Source of the DNA: Macrostomum lignano
Taxonomy: Eukaryota
Assembly: GCA_002269645.1 (NCBI GenBank)
Contig: NIVC01001193.1
Coordinates: forward strand, 35,785 to 99,784
Direction of reading: 5' to 3'
Length of the DNA stretch: 64,000 nt
Numbering within the stretch: the stretch's first letter is position 1; every line of letters begins with the position of its first letter. The position numbers and the translations under genes are program-made. Below, in pieces: positions 1-17,182 of this stretch. A model generated the notes under the pieces. The model was given only the letters and a program-made list of their open reading frames with translations. It was not told the origin of the DNA and did not search any database.

Positions 1-200
1 AGACGGAGCTGGAGACAGGAGAGAGCGAGGGAGATAAAGAGAGAGAGGGAGGGAGGTAGAGAGGAGAGAGGGAGAGAGAGGGAGAGAGAGAGCGAGGGAT
101 ATAGAGAGGAGAGAGAGATAGAGAGAGAGATGGAGAGAGAGATGGAGAGGAGGGAGAGAGAGAGAGTGAGAGAGAGAGGGAGAGAGGTAGAGAGAGAGGT

Positions 201-235
<35 letters not shown>

Positions 236-358
236 GAGAGGAGAGAGAGGAAGAGGGAGAGAGGGAGGAGAGAGATGGAGAGAGACGGGGGGAGAGAGCG
301 AGGGAGATAGAAAGGAGAGAGGGAGAGAGTGAGAGAGTGAGAGAGATAGAGAGGAGAG

Positions 359-422
<64 letters not shown>

Positions 423-480
423 AGAGGAGCGATGGAGAGAGAGAAGAGGAGAGAGAGGAGAGAGTGGCGAGATGGAGAGA
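1..480. repeat. GA-rich microsatellite
   Basis: (GA)n with interruptions. Confidence 0.95.
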
Positions 481-1434
481 CGGGGGCAGCTTCAGCTTCC
501 ACACTGGAACAGCTGTGCAGCCGCAGAGAACAGATAAGCAGCCGTGGCAGTAGCAGTGTGGCTATGTCAGTATTCCGACTCTCATCCACTACTTCCTACT
601 TTCGCTCTCTCTCTCTCTCTCTCTCTCTACTCTGCATGTCGTTATCTTTGGGCAATTGGGCGAGACCTTGTGTCAACTTTCACTTCCCTCTCTCGCTCTC
701 CCGAACGGCGAGCACAGAAATTCGGTTGGAATGAGGGCTGGGGCAGGGTGAGAGCTCGGGAGATAAGCCAGGCTCAAGGTAGGGTATTAAGTCAGCTAGC
801 GGGACAGTTAAGTCCGCCCCAGCAGGACAGCCTCGAGGTCTTCGGGGTTGAGGGTGGAGGCTGCCTCAATGCGAGGCGAAAGATGCTATATAAGCTGCAG
901 CTGTGCTGGCGGGATAATATAGTGGAATCGATGCAATCGAATGTGGTACACGGCTACATAAGATTGGGGCGCAGGGTTCTCCCTACAGGTTGCTGGGCCA
1001 GAGAGTGGAGTGAGGATGGGGGACGCAAGTCGGACTGGGGCGGCTGGCACCAGCCAGTCACCCAAGGGGGACGGGCCGCCGGGAGTCAGCAAGCCAAAAG
1101 TGCACGCGGGGCTGTTTTATTATTAAGTGTCGATAAAAAGATGGGCGGCAAAATATTTTATAGATGAGAGCTTTCTCTCACTCTCACTCTCTTCTCCCTG
1201 CTGAGCAAGAAATGTAATTACATATTTTTCAGTCTGGGCTAGAACCAGTACGACTCAAATTTCTAGTGCAAGGCTGAACTATCTTCAAGTTGCATTTCAG
1301 CTACACGTACAAAGCTTAGCTCCTAAATAAGCATTTTCTATGGTATGATTAAAACTGATGGAAAACTGATAGGAAGAGAATAGTAAATGACAAACAGATT
1401 GGAATTGGAAAGAGATGTTGGAGATGCGATGAGG

Positions 1435-1990
1435 AGAGACGAGATCTGGGAGATGAGATGTGAGAGATGAGATGTGGGAGATGAGATGTGGGAGATGAGA
1501 TGTGGGAGATGAGATGTGGGAGATGAGATGTGGGAGAAGAGATGTGGAAGAAGAGATGTGAGAGAAGAGATGTGGGAGATGAGATGTGAGAGATGAGATG
1601 TGAGAGATTAGAAGTGAGAATGAGAAGTGAGAGATGAGATGTGGGAGATGAGATGTGGGAGATAATATGTGGTAGAAGAGATGTGGGAGATGAGATGTGG
1701 GAGATGAGATGTGAGAGATGAGATGTGAGAGATTAGAAGTGAGTGATGAGAAGTGAGAGATGAGATGTGGTAGATGAGATGTGGGAGATGAAATTTGGAA
1801 GATGAGATCTCATAGGAGATGAGATGTGGGAGATAATATGTGGTAGAAGAGATTGGGAGATGAGATGTGGGAGAAGAGATGTGAGAGATGAGATGTGAGA
1901 GATGAGAAGTGGGAGATGAGATGTGGGAGATGAGATGTGGGAGATGAGATTTGGAAGATGAGATCTAAGAGATGAGAAGTGGAATATAAG
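1435..1990. repeat. Approximately 14-bp minisatellite GAGATGAGATGTGG
   Basis: Directly visible tandem units. Confidence 0.9.
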
Positions 1991-2529
1991 TAAAGGAGAC
2001 ATGAGAAGTGGGAGAAGGGGGTTAGAAATGAGAGAGAGAGAAGAAGGGTCGGACAAGTGGGAGGAGAATTGGGAGAACGGGGAGAAATGGGAGACGGCAA
2101 AGATTGGGTCGGGAGAAATGCCCGGGGAAGACCGTCGCGGTCACTGAGAGACGGGTGGCTGGAGAAGAGAGGAGAGGAAGAAAGTGGAGCAGGCAAAGAA
2201 AACGGACACGCCAAGAGGTCAATATTGTGATAGGGGGGATATCAGTTGACCAAGCCCTACATGCACTAAGCCGTGAGCGAGCTAAACTTAGGCATGCGAA
2301 GCTGGAATTTAATTGCACTGGTCTGGTCCCCCGATCTCTCGCTAGTATCCGGATTGCTCACTTCTAATAGCGCAACGCTAATAATTCATTTATTAATGTT
2401 GTGTGCGTGCGTGTTCCTTTTTTTAACTGGTTCCAAGCAATTCCATTGGGATACTAAAGCTCTGGCTATGGGATTATTTTAATACTCTACTTGTTCAATG
2501 CTTAATGCGGCCTGTCCCTGCTCAGTATG

Positions 2530-3645
2530 CTGCTGAGTCTGATAGCTGAATCCGATAGCTGAGTCTGATACGAGCTAGCTGAGTCTGATAGCTGAGTCTG
2601 ATAGCTGAGTCTGATAGCTAAATCCGATAGCTGAGTCTGATAGCTGAGTCTGATAGCTGAGTCTGATAGCTAAATCCGATAGCTGAGTCTGATAGCTGAG
2701 TCTGATAGCTGAGTCTGATAGCTGAATCTGATAGCTGAGTCTGATAGCTGAATCTGATAGCTGAGTCTGATAGCTGAGTCTGATAGCTGAATTTGATAGC
2801 TGAGTCTGATAGCTGAGTCTGATAGCTGAATCTGATAGCTGAGTCTGATAGCTGAATCTGATAGCTGAGTCTGATAGCTGAATCCGATAGCTGAATCTGA
2901 TAGCTGAGTCTGATAGCTGAATCCGATAGCTGAATCTGATAGCTGAGTCTGATAGCTGAGTCTGATAGCTGAGTCTGATAGCTGAGTCTGATAGCTGAGT
3001 CTGATAGCTGAGTCTGATAGCTGAGTCTGATAGCTGAGTCTGATAGCTGAGTCTGATAGCTGAGTCTGATAGCTGAGTCTGATAGCTGAGTCTGATAGCT
3101 GAGTAGGGAATGGCTGCTGAGTCTGTATAGCTGAGTAGGGAATGGCTGCTGAGTCTGTATAGCTGAGTAGGGAATGGCTGTTGAGTCTGTATAGCTGAGT
3201 AGGGAATGGTTGCTGAGTCTGTATAGCTGAGTAGGGAATGGCTGCTGAGTCTGTATAGCTGAGTAGGGAATGGCTGCTGAGTCTGTATAGCTGAGTAGGG
3301 AATGGCTGCTGAGTCTGTATAGCTGAGTAGGGAATGGCTGCTGAGTCTGTATAGCTGAGTAGGGAATGGCTGCTGAGTCTGTATAGCTGAGTAGGGAATG
3401 GTTGTTGAGTCTGTATAGCTGAGTAGGGAATGGCTGCTGAGTCTGTATAGCTGAGTAGGGAATGGCTGCTGAGTCTGTATAGCTGAGTAGGGAATGGTTG
3501 TTGAGTCTGTATAGCTGAGTAGGGAATGGTTGCTGAGTCTGTATAGCTGAGTAGGGAATGGTTGTTGAGTCTGTATAGCTGAGTAGGTAATGGTTGTTGA
3601 GTCTGTATAGCTGAGTAGGGAATGGTTGCTGAGTCTGTATAGCTG
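2530..3645. repeat. Compound minisatellite: 13-bp CTGAGTCTGATAG, then 32-bp CTGAGTCTGTATAGCTGAGTAGGGAATGGCTG
   Basis: The unit switches at about 3103. Confidence 0.95.
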
Positions 3646-3739
3646 ATTTGCTGAGCAGGTCTCATGGTGAATCTGATTGTGGTCCCTGTCAGTTTAATCA
3701 CCAATAAATTCGTTACCATGCATACCGACAGCAACTTAC

Positions 3740-5024
3740 ATCGTGTCCATACGGCTGCCAGTAGAGCTGTTGCTGCTGCTGTTGTTGCTGCTTCTGTTGT
3801 TGCTGCTTCTGCGAAGGCGGCTCGCCTTGTCGCGACACCAGGAGCCGGACTGTGGCACCCACCGGGATGGATCGCAGCAGCGACACAACGTCAGTTTGAG
3901 TTCGGCCGCACAGACGAAATCCGTCCACTTCAAGTAGGCGATCGCCTGTCCGAAGCCGGCCATCTCGGACAGCGGAGCCGCGGCCAAGAATGGTCTTGAC
4001 GAATATCGGACTCTCGACATTGGCCGCGTCGGTTAAGTCGGTCGGTTCGGCTGCCGACGCTGCGGCCGCCGACATGAGGGCGTGATCCCTGGCAGCGACA
4101 GAGAATCCCAGGCCGTCGGGAGATTTCAATAGGTCAACGGAAAACACCTGGCCAAGGGTGCGCACGTTCAGAGAGTTCGGACCTGCCACGGTGGTCGTCG
4201 GAGGCGGCGCCTGTGGCGGCGGCGGCGGAGGAGGAAGCGGAGGCGACGGTACAGCAGCGGCCGCCGCTCCGTTCAAGCAGTCTAAGCTGTACTCATTATT
4301 CTCTGAGCTCGACAGTCGCCGTCGGGGCAGCGGAGGCAGAGGCGACGGCGGCGGCGGCAGCGGCGGAGACTGGCGTCGATCCTGCAGGATCGCCCGAGCG
4401 ACGCCGTCCAGGGTGTTCACGGGTGGCGGCGGAGGCGGCGGCGGCGGCGATGCGAGCGGCGACGGAGGCGGAGACGGGAGGCGCCTGTGGCGATGAAGGA
4501 GTCTGGAAGAGTTGGGAAATAAGTTGGGATAAGGTTTACCAACTACTACAGGTAAGTGAGCAGGCCGGAGACCCAGTGCAATATAAGCTGCCACTCACTC
4601 AGCGGCATTCTCCATTCTGTGGCGCGGCAAGCCGCTGCCGCCACTCGCGCCGCCGCCTCCATTGACAAGAGGCTTGGCCGGCAGCGGCTGCCTCTGCCTC
4701 TCATCACTGTCTGCAGGCATCGCCATCATGAAGGCCGGAGGCGGCGGCGGCAGGTCTTCGGTGCAGCAGCAGTCGGAGTCGTACGCGGCCGCTCCGCCGC
4801 TGCTGCTGCCGCCGCCTCCGCCACCGCCGCCGCTGCCCAGTCCGCCGCAGGTGGGAGGCAACGGAGGACAGGTGTGCGCAATCAGCTGCAAGGGGGCGGG
4901 TGGAAGTTAATTAGCGCGTATTTTTTCAAGAAAATATCAATCATCGGAGCATTAAATATTCAATAGAATTCGCTTTTGCAGAATTGGCCTAGCTGGTGAA
5001 AGATAAGACGGCTAAGCGCTAAGA

Positions 5025-5067
<43 letters not shown>

Positions 5068-5080
5068 GCCAGACAGACAC

Positions 5081-5142
<62 letters not shown>

Positions 5143-5164
5143 GGACAGACGGACAGACGGACAC

Positions 5165-5207
<43 letters not shown>

Positions 5208-8027
5208 CACAGACAGACAGACAGACAGACACACAGACAGAAAGACACACAGACAGACACACAGACAGACAGACAGATAGACAGACACTCACATGAGGAG
5301 CACAGGCAGTCAGCCAGGCCTGCTGAAGATCGTAGGAGGCGGAGCGGCCTCCCAGTGACACAGAGTGCACTGGCCGCTCAACAGCGCAGGCCATGGCAAG
5401 GGAAAAGCAGCCCCAGGACTGGCTCCTGCCTCTTGCATAGCCAGGCATTTTGCTAAGGCTAAGCCGATATTTGGTTGCCTCTTCGGAGAAATGCTTTCTC
5501 AATTGCAATTTGTCTGACTTTAAAATGAGCCGCAACTACTGCTGGCATGTAATAACCTTTCGCTTATTAATACAGATTGCTAAAAATGCTAAATATGCAA
5601 ATTTTATGCTAATCACAGCGGCCTCGCGTGATTCCGAGTTTGCAATTTCTGTCTAGCACAGAGTCACTGTTGGTATAATTAGAGAAACAGCCTACTGTAA
5701 GTAGAAATGCAGGCATTTTGCTATGAAAAATGAACCGGATGATGCGAGAAATTTTAGAAACAAATCTGTTTCGTTTTGCTTTGCTTTAAAAATGATAAAT
5801 CATAACTATCTCAGTAGTCTTCAGACAGGTTTCATTCTGCGGGACATTTAAACACGACAGTTGTTGCTGTTTCTTTCTATTTCTGTTCAGCCGCTAAAGC
5901 TTTCTTTTGCAGGCAAAACCGCTTTTAGCAATTAATTTTCTTGTCAAACCAATTTCTTCAACGATGACGGGCCGAGAAAGTGCAAACACAAGCGCGTGTT
6001 TGGGAAGGAAAAAGAGGGGAAAGACCACTTTCGACTTTCTTCCTTAGACCAAAGTCCTTCGTCAGTCTCGCGACTTACTAAAAGCGGATTAACTGTCACC
6101 CTGCTGCTGCTGGGATCTTCCGGGAAGGGGTAGGGGTATTACTACACTATATAGTACTAAGCTTTTTTTACTAGAAGCTTATCCGGCGTGACACAAATGC
6201 ACTTAGAAACCTTAAATCCGAGAGAGAGAGAGAGAGTCTCGATAAAGCATCTGGCTATAGTTTGAGATGCCAAATAGCTAATTAGTTGGCTGAATAAAAC
6301 AGTATTAGCCAACTTGGCAATACTAGTGCAGTCTGTACTTACCTAGCTGTTACATAGGAACAACCTGTTAGCTAGAGGTTTTGCAATCATGATCGGCATA
6401 GAGAGTCTCTGATCTCTGGCAAGCACCGATCCCACTTCACCAGTTCCCGATCTCACTCACCAGTTCCCGATCTCACTCACCAGTTCCCGATCCCACTTCA
6501 CCAGTTCCCGATCTCACTCACCAGTTCCCGATCCCACTCACCAGTTCCCGATCCCACTCACCAGTTCCCGATCCCACTTCAGTAGTTCCAGATCCCACTT
6601 CAGTAGTTCCCGATCCCACTTCAGTAGTTCCCGATCCCACTTCAGTAGTTCCCGATCCCACTTCAGTAGTTCCCGATCCCACTCACCAGTTCCCGATCCC
6701 ACTTCAGTAGTTCCAGATCCCACTTCAGTAGTTCCCGATCCCACTTCAGTAGTTCCCGATCCCACTTCAGTAGTTCCCGATCCCACTCACCAGTTCCCGA
6801 TCCCACTTCAGTAGTTCCAGATCCCACTTCAGTAGTTCCCGATCCCACTTCAGTAGTTCCCGATCCCACTTCAGTAGTTCCCGATCCCACTCACCAATTC
6901 CCGATCCCACTCACCAGTTCCCGATCCCACTCACCAGTTCCCGATCCCACTCACCAGTTCCCGATCCCACTTCAGTAGTTCCCGATCCCACTCACCAGTT
7001 CAGAATCCCCCTTACCAATTCCCGATCTCACTCACCAGTTCCCGATCCCACTCATCAGTTCCCGATCCCACTCACCAGTTCCCGATCCCACTCACCAGTT
7101 CCCGATCCCACTCACCAGTTCCCGATCCCACTCACCAGTTCCCGATCCCACTCACCAGTTCCCGATCCTCCTTACCAGTTCCCGATCCCACTCACCAGTT
7201 CCCAATCCTCCTTACCAGTTCCCGATCCCACTCACCAGTTCCCAATCCTCCTTACCAGTTCCCGATCCCACTCACCAGTTCCCAATCCTCCTTACCAGTT
7301 CCCGATCCCACTCACCAGTTCCCGATCCCACTCACCAGTTCCCGATCCTCCTTACCAGTTCCCGATCCCACTCACCAGTTCCCAATCCTCCTTACCAGTT
7401 CCCGATCCCACTCACCAGTTCCCGATCCCACTCACCAGTTCCCGATCCCACTCACCAGTTCCCGATCCTCCTTACCAGTTCCCGATCCCACTCACCAGTT
7501 CCCAATCCTCCTTACCAGTTCCCGATCCCACTCACCAGTTCCCAATCCTCCTTACCAGTTCCCGATCCCACTCACCAGTTCCCAATCCTCCTTACCAGTT
7601 CCCGATTCCACTCACCAGTTCCCAATCCTCCTTACCAGTTCCCGATCCCACTCACCAGTTTCCAATCCTCCTTACCAGTTCCCGATCCCACTCACCAGTT
7701 CCCAATCCTCCTTACCAGTTCCCGATCCCACTCACCAGTTCCCGATCCCACTCACCAGTTCCCGATCCCACTCACCAGTTCCCGATCGTCCAGGACGTCT
7801 GCCACTCTGTCGCCCCAGTCCAGAATGCCGCCGTCCCTGGCCAGGACAACCCTGGACACGGTGAAGGATGGAGATGAGGAGGCTGGCGATGACGAGGCGG
7901 GAGAAGATGTGACCGCAGCGGTCAGGTAACGCCTGGCGGCCTTGTCAACCAGACTGCGGATTGTCAGGTCGCCGCTGCCGCACGGGACAACCAGCTTGGT
8001 GTCGCCGAAGCTCACCGTCACCTTCAT
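3740..8027 (-). CDS. par-3: Partitioning-defective 3 (Par-3/Bazooka) homolog, 3' end unresolved
   Basis: Exon 1, 8027-7776, encodes [17 protein letters not shown]...[19 protein letters not shown], the Par-3 N-terminal oligomerisation domain. Exon 2 is 4885-4599 (LIAH...) and exon 3 is 4502-3740, containing a PDZ ([40 protein letters not shown]) that resembles Par-3 PDZ2. GT-AG sites and phases (0, 2) are consistent. Exon 3 either ends at a GTAAGT donor (3739) or reads on to the stop at 3713. Confidence 0.9.
5015..5286. repeat. (CAGA)n microsatellite in par-3 intron 1
   Basis: Directly visible. Confidence 0.95.
6428..7787 (-). repeat. 20/21-bp minisatellite made of the par-3 exon 1/intron 1 junction
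   Basis: The - strand unit is GATCGGGAACTG|GTGAGTGG, with variants GATTGGGAACTG|GTAAGGAG and GATCGGGAACTACTGAAGTGG. Confidence 0.95.
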
Positions 8028-8821
8028 TGCGGCTTAGCGCTGCTGAGCGGTGGCAATTTGGCGAGAAGATTCTGCTTCTGCCGCGCTTCTGCTGTCTGCT
8101 TTTTCTGGGGACTTCTGCAATTGAAAAATTCTATTTTTTAAATTTCCTTTAATTTTTATAACCTTTCTTAAAAATTAATTAGTGTTGACAATAGGAAAAA
8201 TTAGGAAAAAATATATTATTATTCCCAGATATTTTGATTTTCAAAATTGACAATAGAGTAATTCTTGCTTCGAATATGACAACTATATAAAAATTTATTT
8301 GCAAAAAATTCTGGACAAACAAAAATAAATTTATTAAAACATAATCAAGATATACATGACTTTTAAACAATGGGGCAAGATGTCTTAAAAAAATTATAGC
8401 ATTATATAATGAAATCTACTGCAAGCATAATACCATTGATAATATTTTTGACTCCTATCTCAGTGAGTCACTAACTAGCTTTATCTTAAGCTATAAAAGT
8501 TCTCTAGCTATATTTATATGAACAACCTATTACTTTGTGGCAAAATGGTATTTTTAATCTTCCTTATATCTCAAGCAGGCTAGCTAATTTTTTTAAAAAT
8601 CAATTTAAAAAATTATATATAAACTAAAGCATTGCATGATCTACATGATTGCTCTTTCTAGGATTGGCAATTATTCTGTCTACTAAGTTTTGTCCATACA
8701 TACGCAACCTCCAAAATTCGGTCGGCCATGCGACTTAGTTTTAACAAAAATGCGACGTAGTTTTTGGTCAAAAATGCGACTTACATGTAAAAAAACCCTG
8801 AAGCAAAATTAACGCAATTTT

Positions 8822-8886
8822 GGGTAAACGGCAGGAGTAACTATAACTGTCTTATTAAGCCAAAATGCCTCGTCAGCTATTTAGTA
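8822..8886 (+). pseudogene. Dispersed 28S rRNA fragment (R2 target region)
   Basis: GGGTAAACGGCAGGAGTAACTATAACTGTCTTATTAAGCCAAAATGCCTCGTCAGCTATTTAGT versus the conserved 28S GGGTAAACGGCGGGAGTAACTATGACTCTCTTAAGGTAGCCAAATGCCTCGTCATCTAATTAGT. No flanking rRNA sequence. Confidence 0.8.
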
Positions 8887-9214
8887 CTACTACTTTGGTG
8901 CTTTTTCGGGTGGGCATTTTTGTGACTTCCTTGGTTGGCCGCCAAATCGGTCGGCTGGATCGGCCGACTTTTGCGCATTTATGGTTTTGTCTATTACCTT
9001 TTTAAGGGTAATCATTATAGTGAATAATTTATTTGGCCATGAAAATATTCAGGCCTACAAGCTATATATTATTTATAGTCTGTTAGAACTCTAAATCAAG
9101 AGTAAGTCAATAGTATACCTATAATTTATTAATGCATATTTATTAAAATGGTATCCTGGGTTCAAAAACAATATTTTGAAACGATGCCCTATATGTGATT
9201 TTTTATACAAGTAC

Positions 9215-9535
9215 TGGAAGCATAAGAATTGCCCACAGACTAAATTGCCTACCAAGATTTGCCTGTCAAGCTTTCCCTGCCAAGATTTGCCCATGGTACA
9301 TTATGCATATGAGCAAATTGCCCATCAAGATTTGCTTGCTAAGATTTGTCAACAAGACAAAATCTGCTATGTGGCTAAATGAATTATAATAAAAAAGCAT
9401 TGCAAACAAAATTTGGTGGGAAAAAACTTGGCAGGCAATTTGCTTGCAGGTAATTTATTTGTAGGAAAATTGCTCTTTGCAAAAATGTTGATAGGCAATT
9501 TGTTTGTAGGCAATTCTCATAGACCCACTAGTACT
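9215..9535. mobile_element. Degenerate foldback/MITE with approximately 15-bp subrepeats
   Basis: The left arm AGAATTGCCCACAGACTAAATTGCCTACC matches the reverse complement of the right arm (AGAATTGCCTACAAACAAATTGCCTATC). No TSD found. Confidence 0.45.
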
Positions 9536-12158
9536 AGAGAAAAACATATATCTGGCTTATAGGCTATATATGACTTACAAAGCCTCTGTATCTAGACTAG
9601 CTTGGCTCTTAAAACTTTATAATAGCAATCTAGCCTGCTCTGGGTTTGTGTCTTTTCTTACTTTCCTTTTCCGTTTTCTTTTTTCTGGCTCCTTTTCTTT
9701 TCTTTATCTTCTTACTTATCCTTTCTCTTATCCTATCTCTTATCTTTCCTCTTTTTTCTCATCTTCTATTCTCCCTTTTCTCCTCTTTTATCTGAAATGC
9801 ATCCATGAACTAGGTTTTTTATCCGGTCCATAAGGCAAAAAAGTTTGCTGATCTTGAATATCAGACACTATAGAATTTAGTAATGGCTTATAAAAGTATA
9901 TTCTGTATTGCACACTAATATTATTTATTATTTTTATATTCATAACATTCATAATAAAAGTACTTTAAAGATTTAGCATTCTATTTATATAAGCTTCTAT
10001 TCTAGCAAGCAAATCTTATACATTTCTTTTAATTCATTTAAATGTATTATCTATGCTAGTATAGACTTAGGAAAATTTTGTCCAAAAAGTTATTTCGTTT
10101 ATTACCATTGCACTATTTCTAGAACATGCCATTGTAATTATGCTAAATGAAACTAATATGTATCTATATCTTGAAAATTGATACAAAATCACAAAAATAG
10201 TTATTTATTACTATTCTCTATTTTTATTTTCATACCTATATTATCTATAGCTGCAAAGCAGAAAAACAATTTTAAACAAAGAATATCATTTTTGTTTTTG
10301 TTTATTTTTGTTCAAATAAATTAAGGATAATGATATTTTTGTCCTTTATTATTTGAAATGAAAGTGCTTCCGTATTTTAAACTTGCTTGCAGCAGTGCAG
10401 TTTGCTACCTTCAGAAATTTGACTTATATTTATTTCTCTATGAGTATGAATGGGTGTTAAAACAAAGGAAAGATAAATTTATATCCAGCTTCCAGCATAG
10501 CAGTACAAACTTAGTGGACTCGACTGGCATGGTACAAAATGATAGTATTTTATTTTTGGAACTGTTGTGCTTTAAATGCTAATTCAATTGTTTATAGCAG
10601 CAGGATATGAAATTAAAATAAAGATATGCTAAACAGATTGTTTCTGTTTATATATAGCAACAATAATAATATTCCAAAGTTACTTAAACGGCCTGAGTAA
10701 ACTGTAAACTTAGAGTTTTAATTTTTTAAAGTAATTGTATTCCTAGAAATGACATCTTTAAATTGTTGGAACGAAACAAATATCGAAGACAGTAATGTTG
10801 CTTAACAGTGAACAAAACTTTGTAAAGAATAATATATTTGTTTTTTATAAGCTATTAAAATATGAAACGTTTTTTCGTTTAAAAGCTGTATAAATTTTTG
10901 TTTTAAATAGGTTGTGTTTCCGGCTTATTTACGCAAAATATGATCAATCGGCTTATCTGTCACAATACGTTTTTTCGTTTTTTTAATACTTTGTCAACTT
11001 ATTTTAGTTTTAAAGCTTGTTTAAACTTCAACTTAAAACTCTCTTCAAATGAAATTTTACTCCTTGGTAGGTGATGGCTGGACTACAATATTTAAATCCC
11101 GTTTTTTGTTCCCCATGCTAAATTCATGTTAAATTTACACTGATTTTGTGAATATTATTTTACCCAACACTTTCCAATGTACAATTACTATCTTTCACTT
11201 ACGAACTGCTATAGTTATAATTAAAATCAAGGAATAGTGAATACTAAAGTTACAAATTTAGGACTCCAAGCACAAAAATACAATTTTGATAAGAATATGA
11301 TAATCGATATGATATTTATAATGACAAAAGGCTTCAGTGGCGTACAAGATTGATATGATGCACATGTACATGCATCTGATCGAGTTATACTAAAATTCCG
11401 CTTTACAAAAGTTACAGAATAATGTTGTGCCGCGTCCTCTATACATGTAGATGTTCATTAGACTACTGGATCCGTTTCAATTATTTTCAGATGATTTTCA
11501 CATTAAAATCTTTTCGGTGGTGTAATACGACACTTAATTGTTCAAATACGATTCAAATTACCGATAACGAGTGCAAGGGCTAGATGTACGTGTACATTTA
11601 TACATGTATGTACAATAGTCGCAATGTACAAAAGTATATAATTTGTATATAGTGTTCGTTGGTGTGTTTGTAAATGTACACTCACGTGTTACTTCATGAT
11701 ATAATTCAGTCGTCATTTTAGCTTTGAGAAGATACATGAAATATTTATGTAGGTATAAACAATTGTATATTAAGAAAATTAAGTTAAAAAAGCATGCCGA
11801 ATTGAGTTTTGCATTTGCCGAGTTTACCTGGACCGATCTTTGTATTTTTTTTGTTAAGCCGAGGCGACAAAAAGCTGGACTGTTTTGGGCAATCTTATTG
11901 AGACGATCCGTCAGAAAAAAGAATTCCTCAGAGAAGCGAACACTTATATCGAAACAGCTGGTCATTGCACAGAGAATGCTCTGACTTTGAGATCGAGTTG
12001 CAAGCTTAAAAAATAAGAGCTCGAGAAAACTGTGGAGGGGAAAAATAATATAGACTTTGTTCGATCCCTAATTCTCATTCAGCTGCTCTCGATTATTTGA
12101 TTGGGACTCCGGACATCAGACCTTACGAGTACTCTGTGCTGTTTCCGAGCAGTTGATT

Positions 12159-16556
<4,398 letters not shown>

Positions 16557-17147
16557 TGCAGTCTTAACGTGGGACTGAAAGCAGCGGATCTGCCCGAGCA
16601 GAGTTGGTTAGGCCTATTAAACTGGTGCAATGGCAATGTTAACCTGCCGTGCGAGAAATTGCTCGGAGTAGCTGGCTGGAAGGGCGGGCAGAAGAGCAGA
16701 AGACTAAAATCAAAGCGAACAGCCTTATCGAAGAGGCGCAGTGTACTCGCCCCACCCCTCCCTCCGCCTTATTTCCGCTTTCCGCACCTCCTTCTCCCCC
16801 TCTCTCCCCGCCGTATCTCCACTGTGTATCTCGTCCCCCGACCTTCCAAGACTAAACTGCAGAAGCGGTAGAGCTCGAGAGAGAGAGAGACCATGAGCTC
16901 TCCAGAATCCCCGTTCTATCCCCCTACTCCCTACTCCCCAAAATCGGGATGCAAAGAAAGAGCGGCTGCACTGTACTCATTTACTCCAAGCTCGGTGGCA
17001 GCTCAGAGAGGTGAACGCGCTATCTCGCAATTCTTTCCAATGCAGTCAGTTGAGAGAGTCAACACAGAGTTACCCAGCGCGTACAGAGAGGCAGAGTCTT
17101 GCAAAGTAATCAACATACAGGCAAGAGAAGTCCAAGGAGAGAGAGAG

Positions 17148-17182
<35 letters not shown>

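Noticed and set aside
544-1167. 207-aa ORF as a gene or par-3 continuation
   Set aside because: It has no motifs and includes a microsatellite, and the - strand shows no PDZ3.
8822-8886. Functional rRNA gene or mitochondrial insert
   Set aside because: It is only about 65 bp, matches cytosolic 28S rather than mitochondrial rrnL, and has no flanking rRNA.
11858-11985. Possible + strand terminal exon (EATKSWTVLGNLIETIRQKKEFLREANTY..) extending to about 12015
   Set aside because: I could not connect any upstream exons, so it is unsupported without transcripts.
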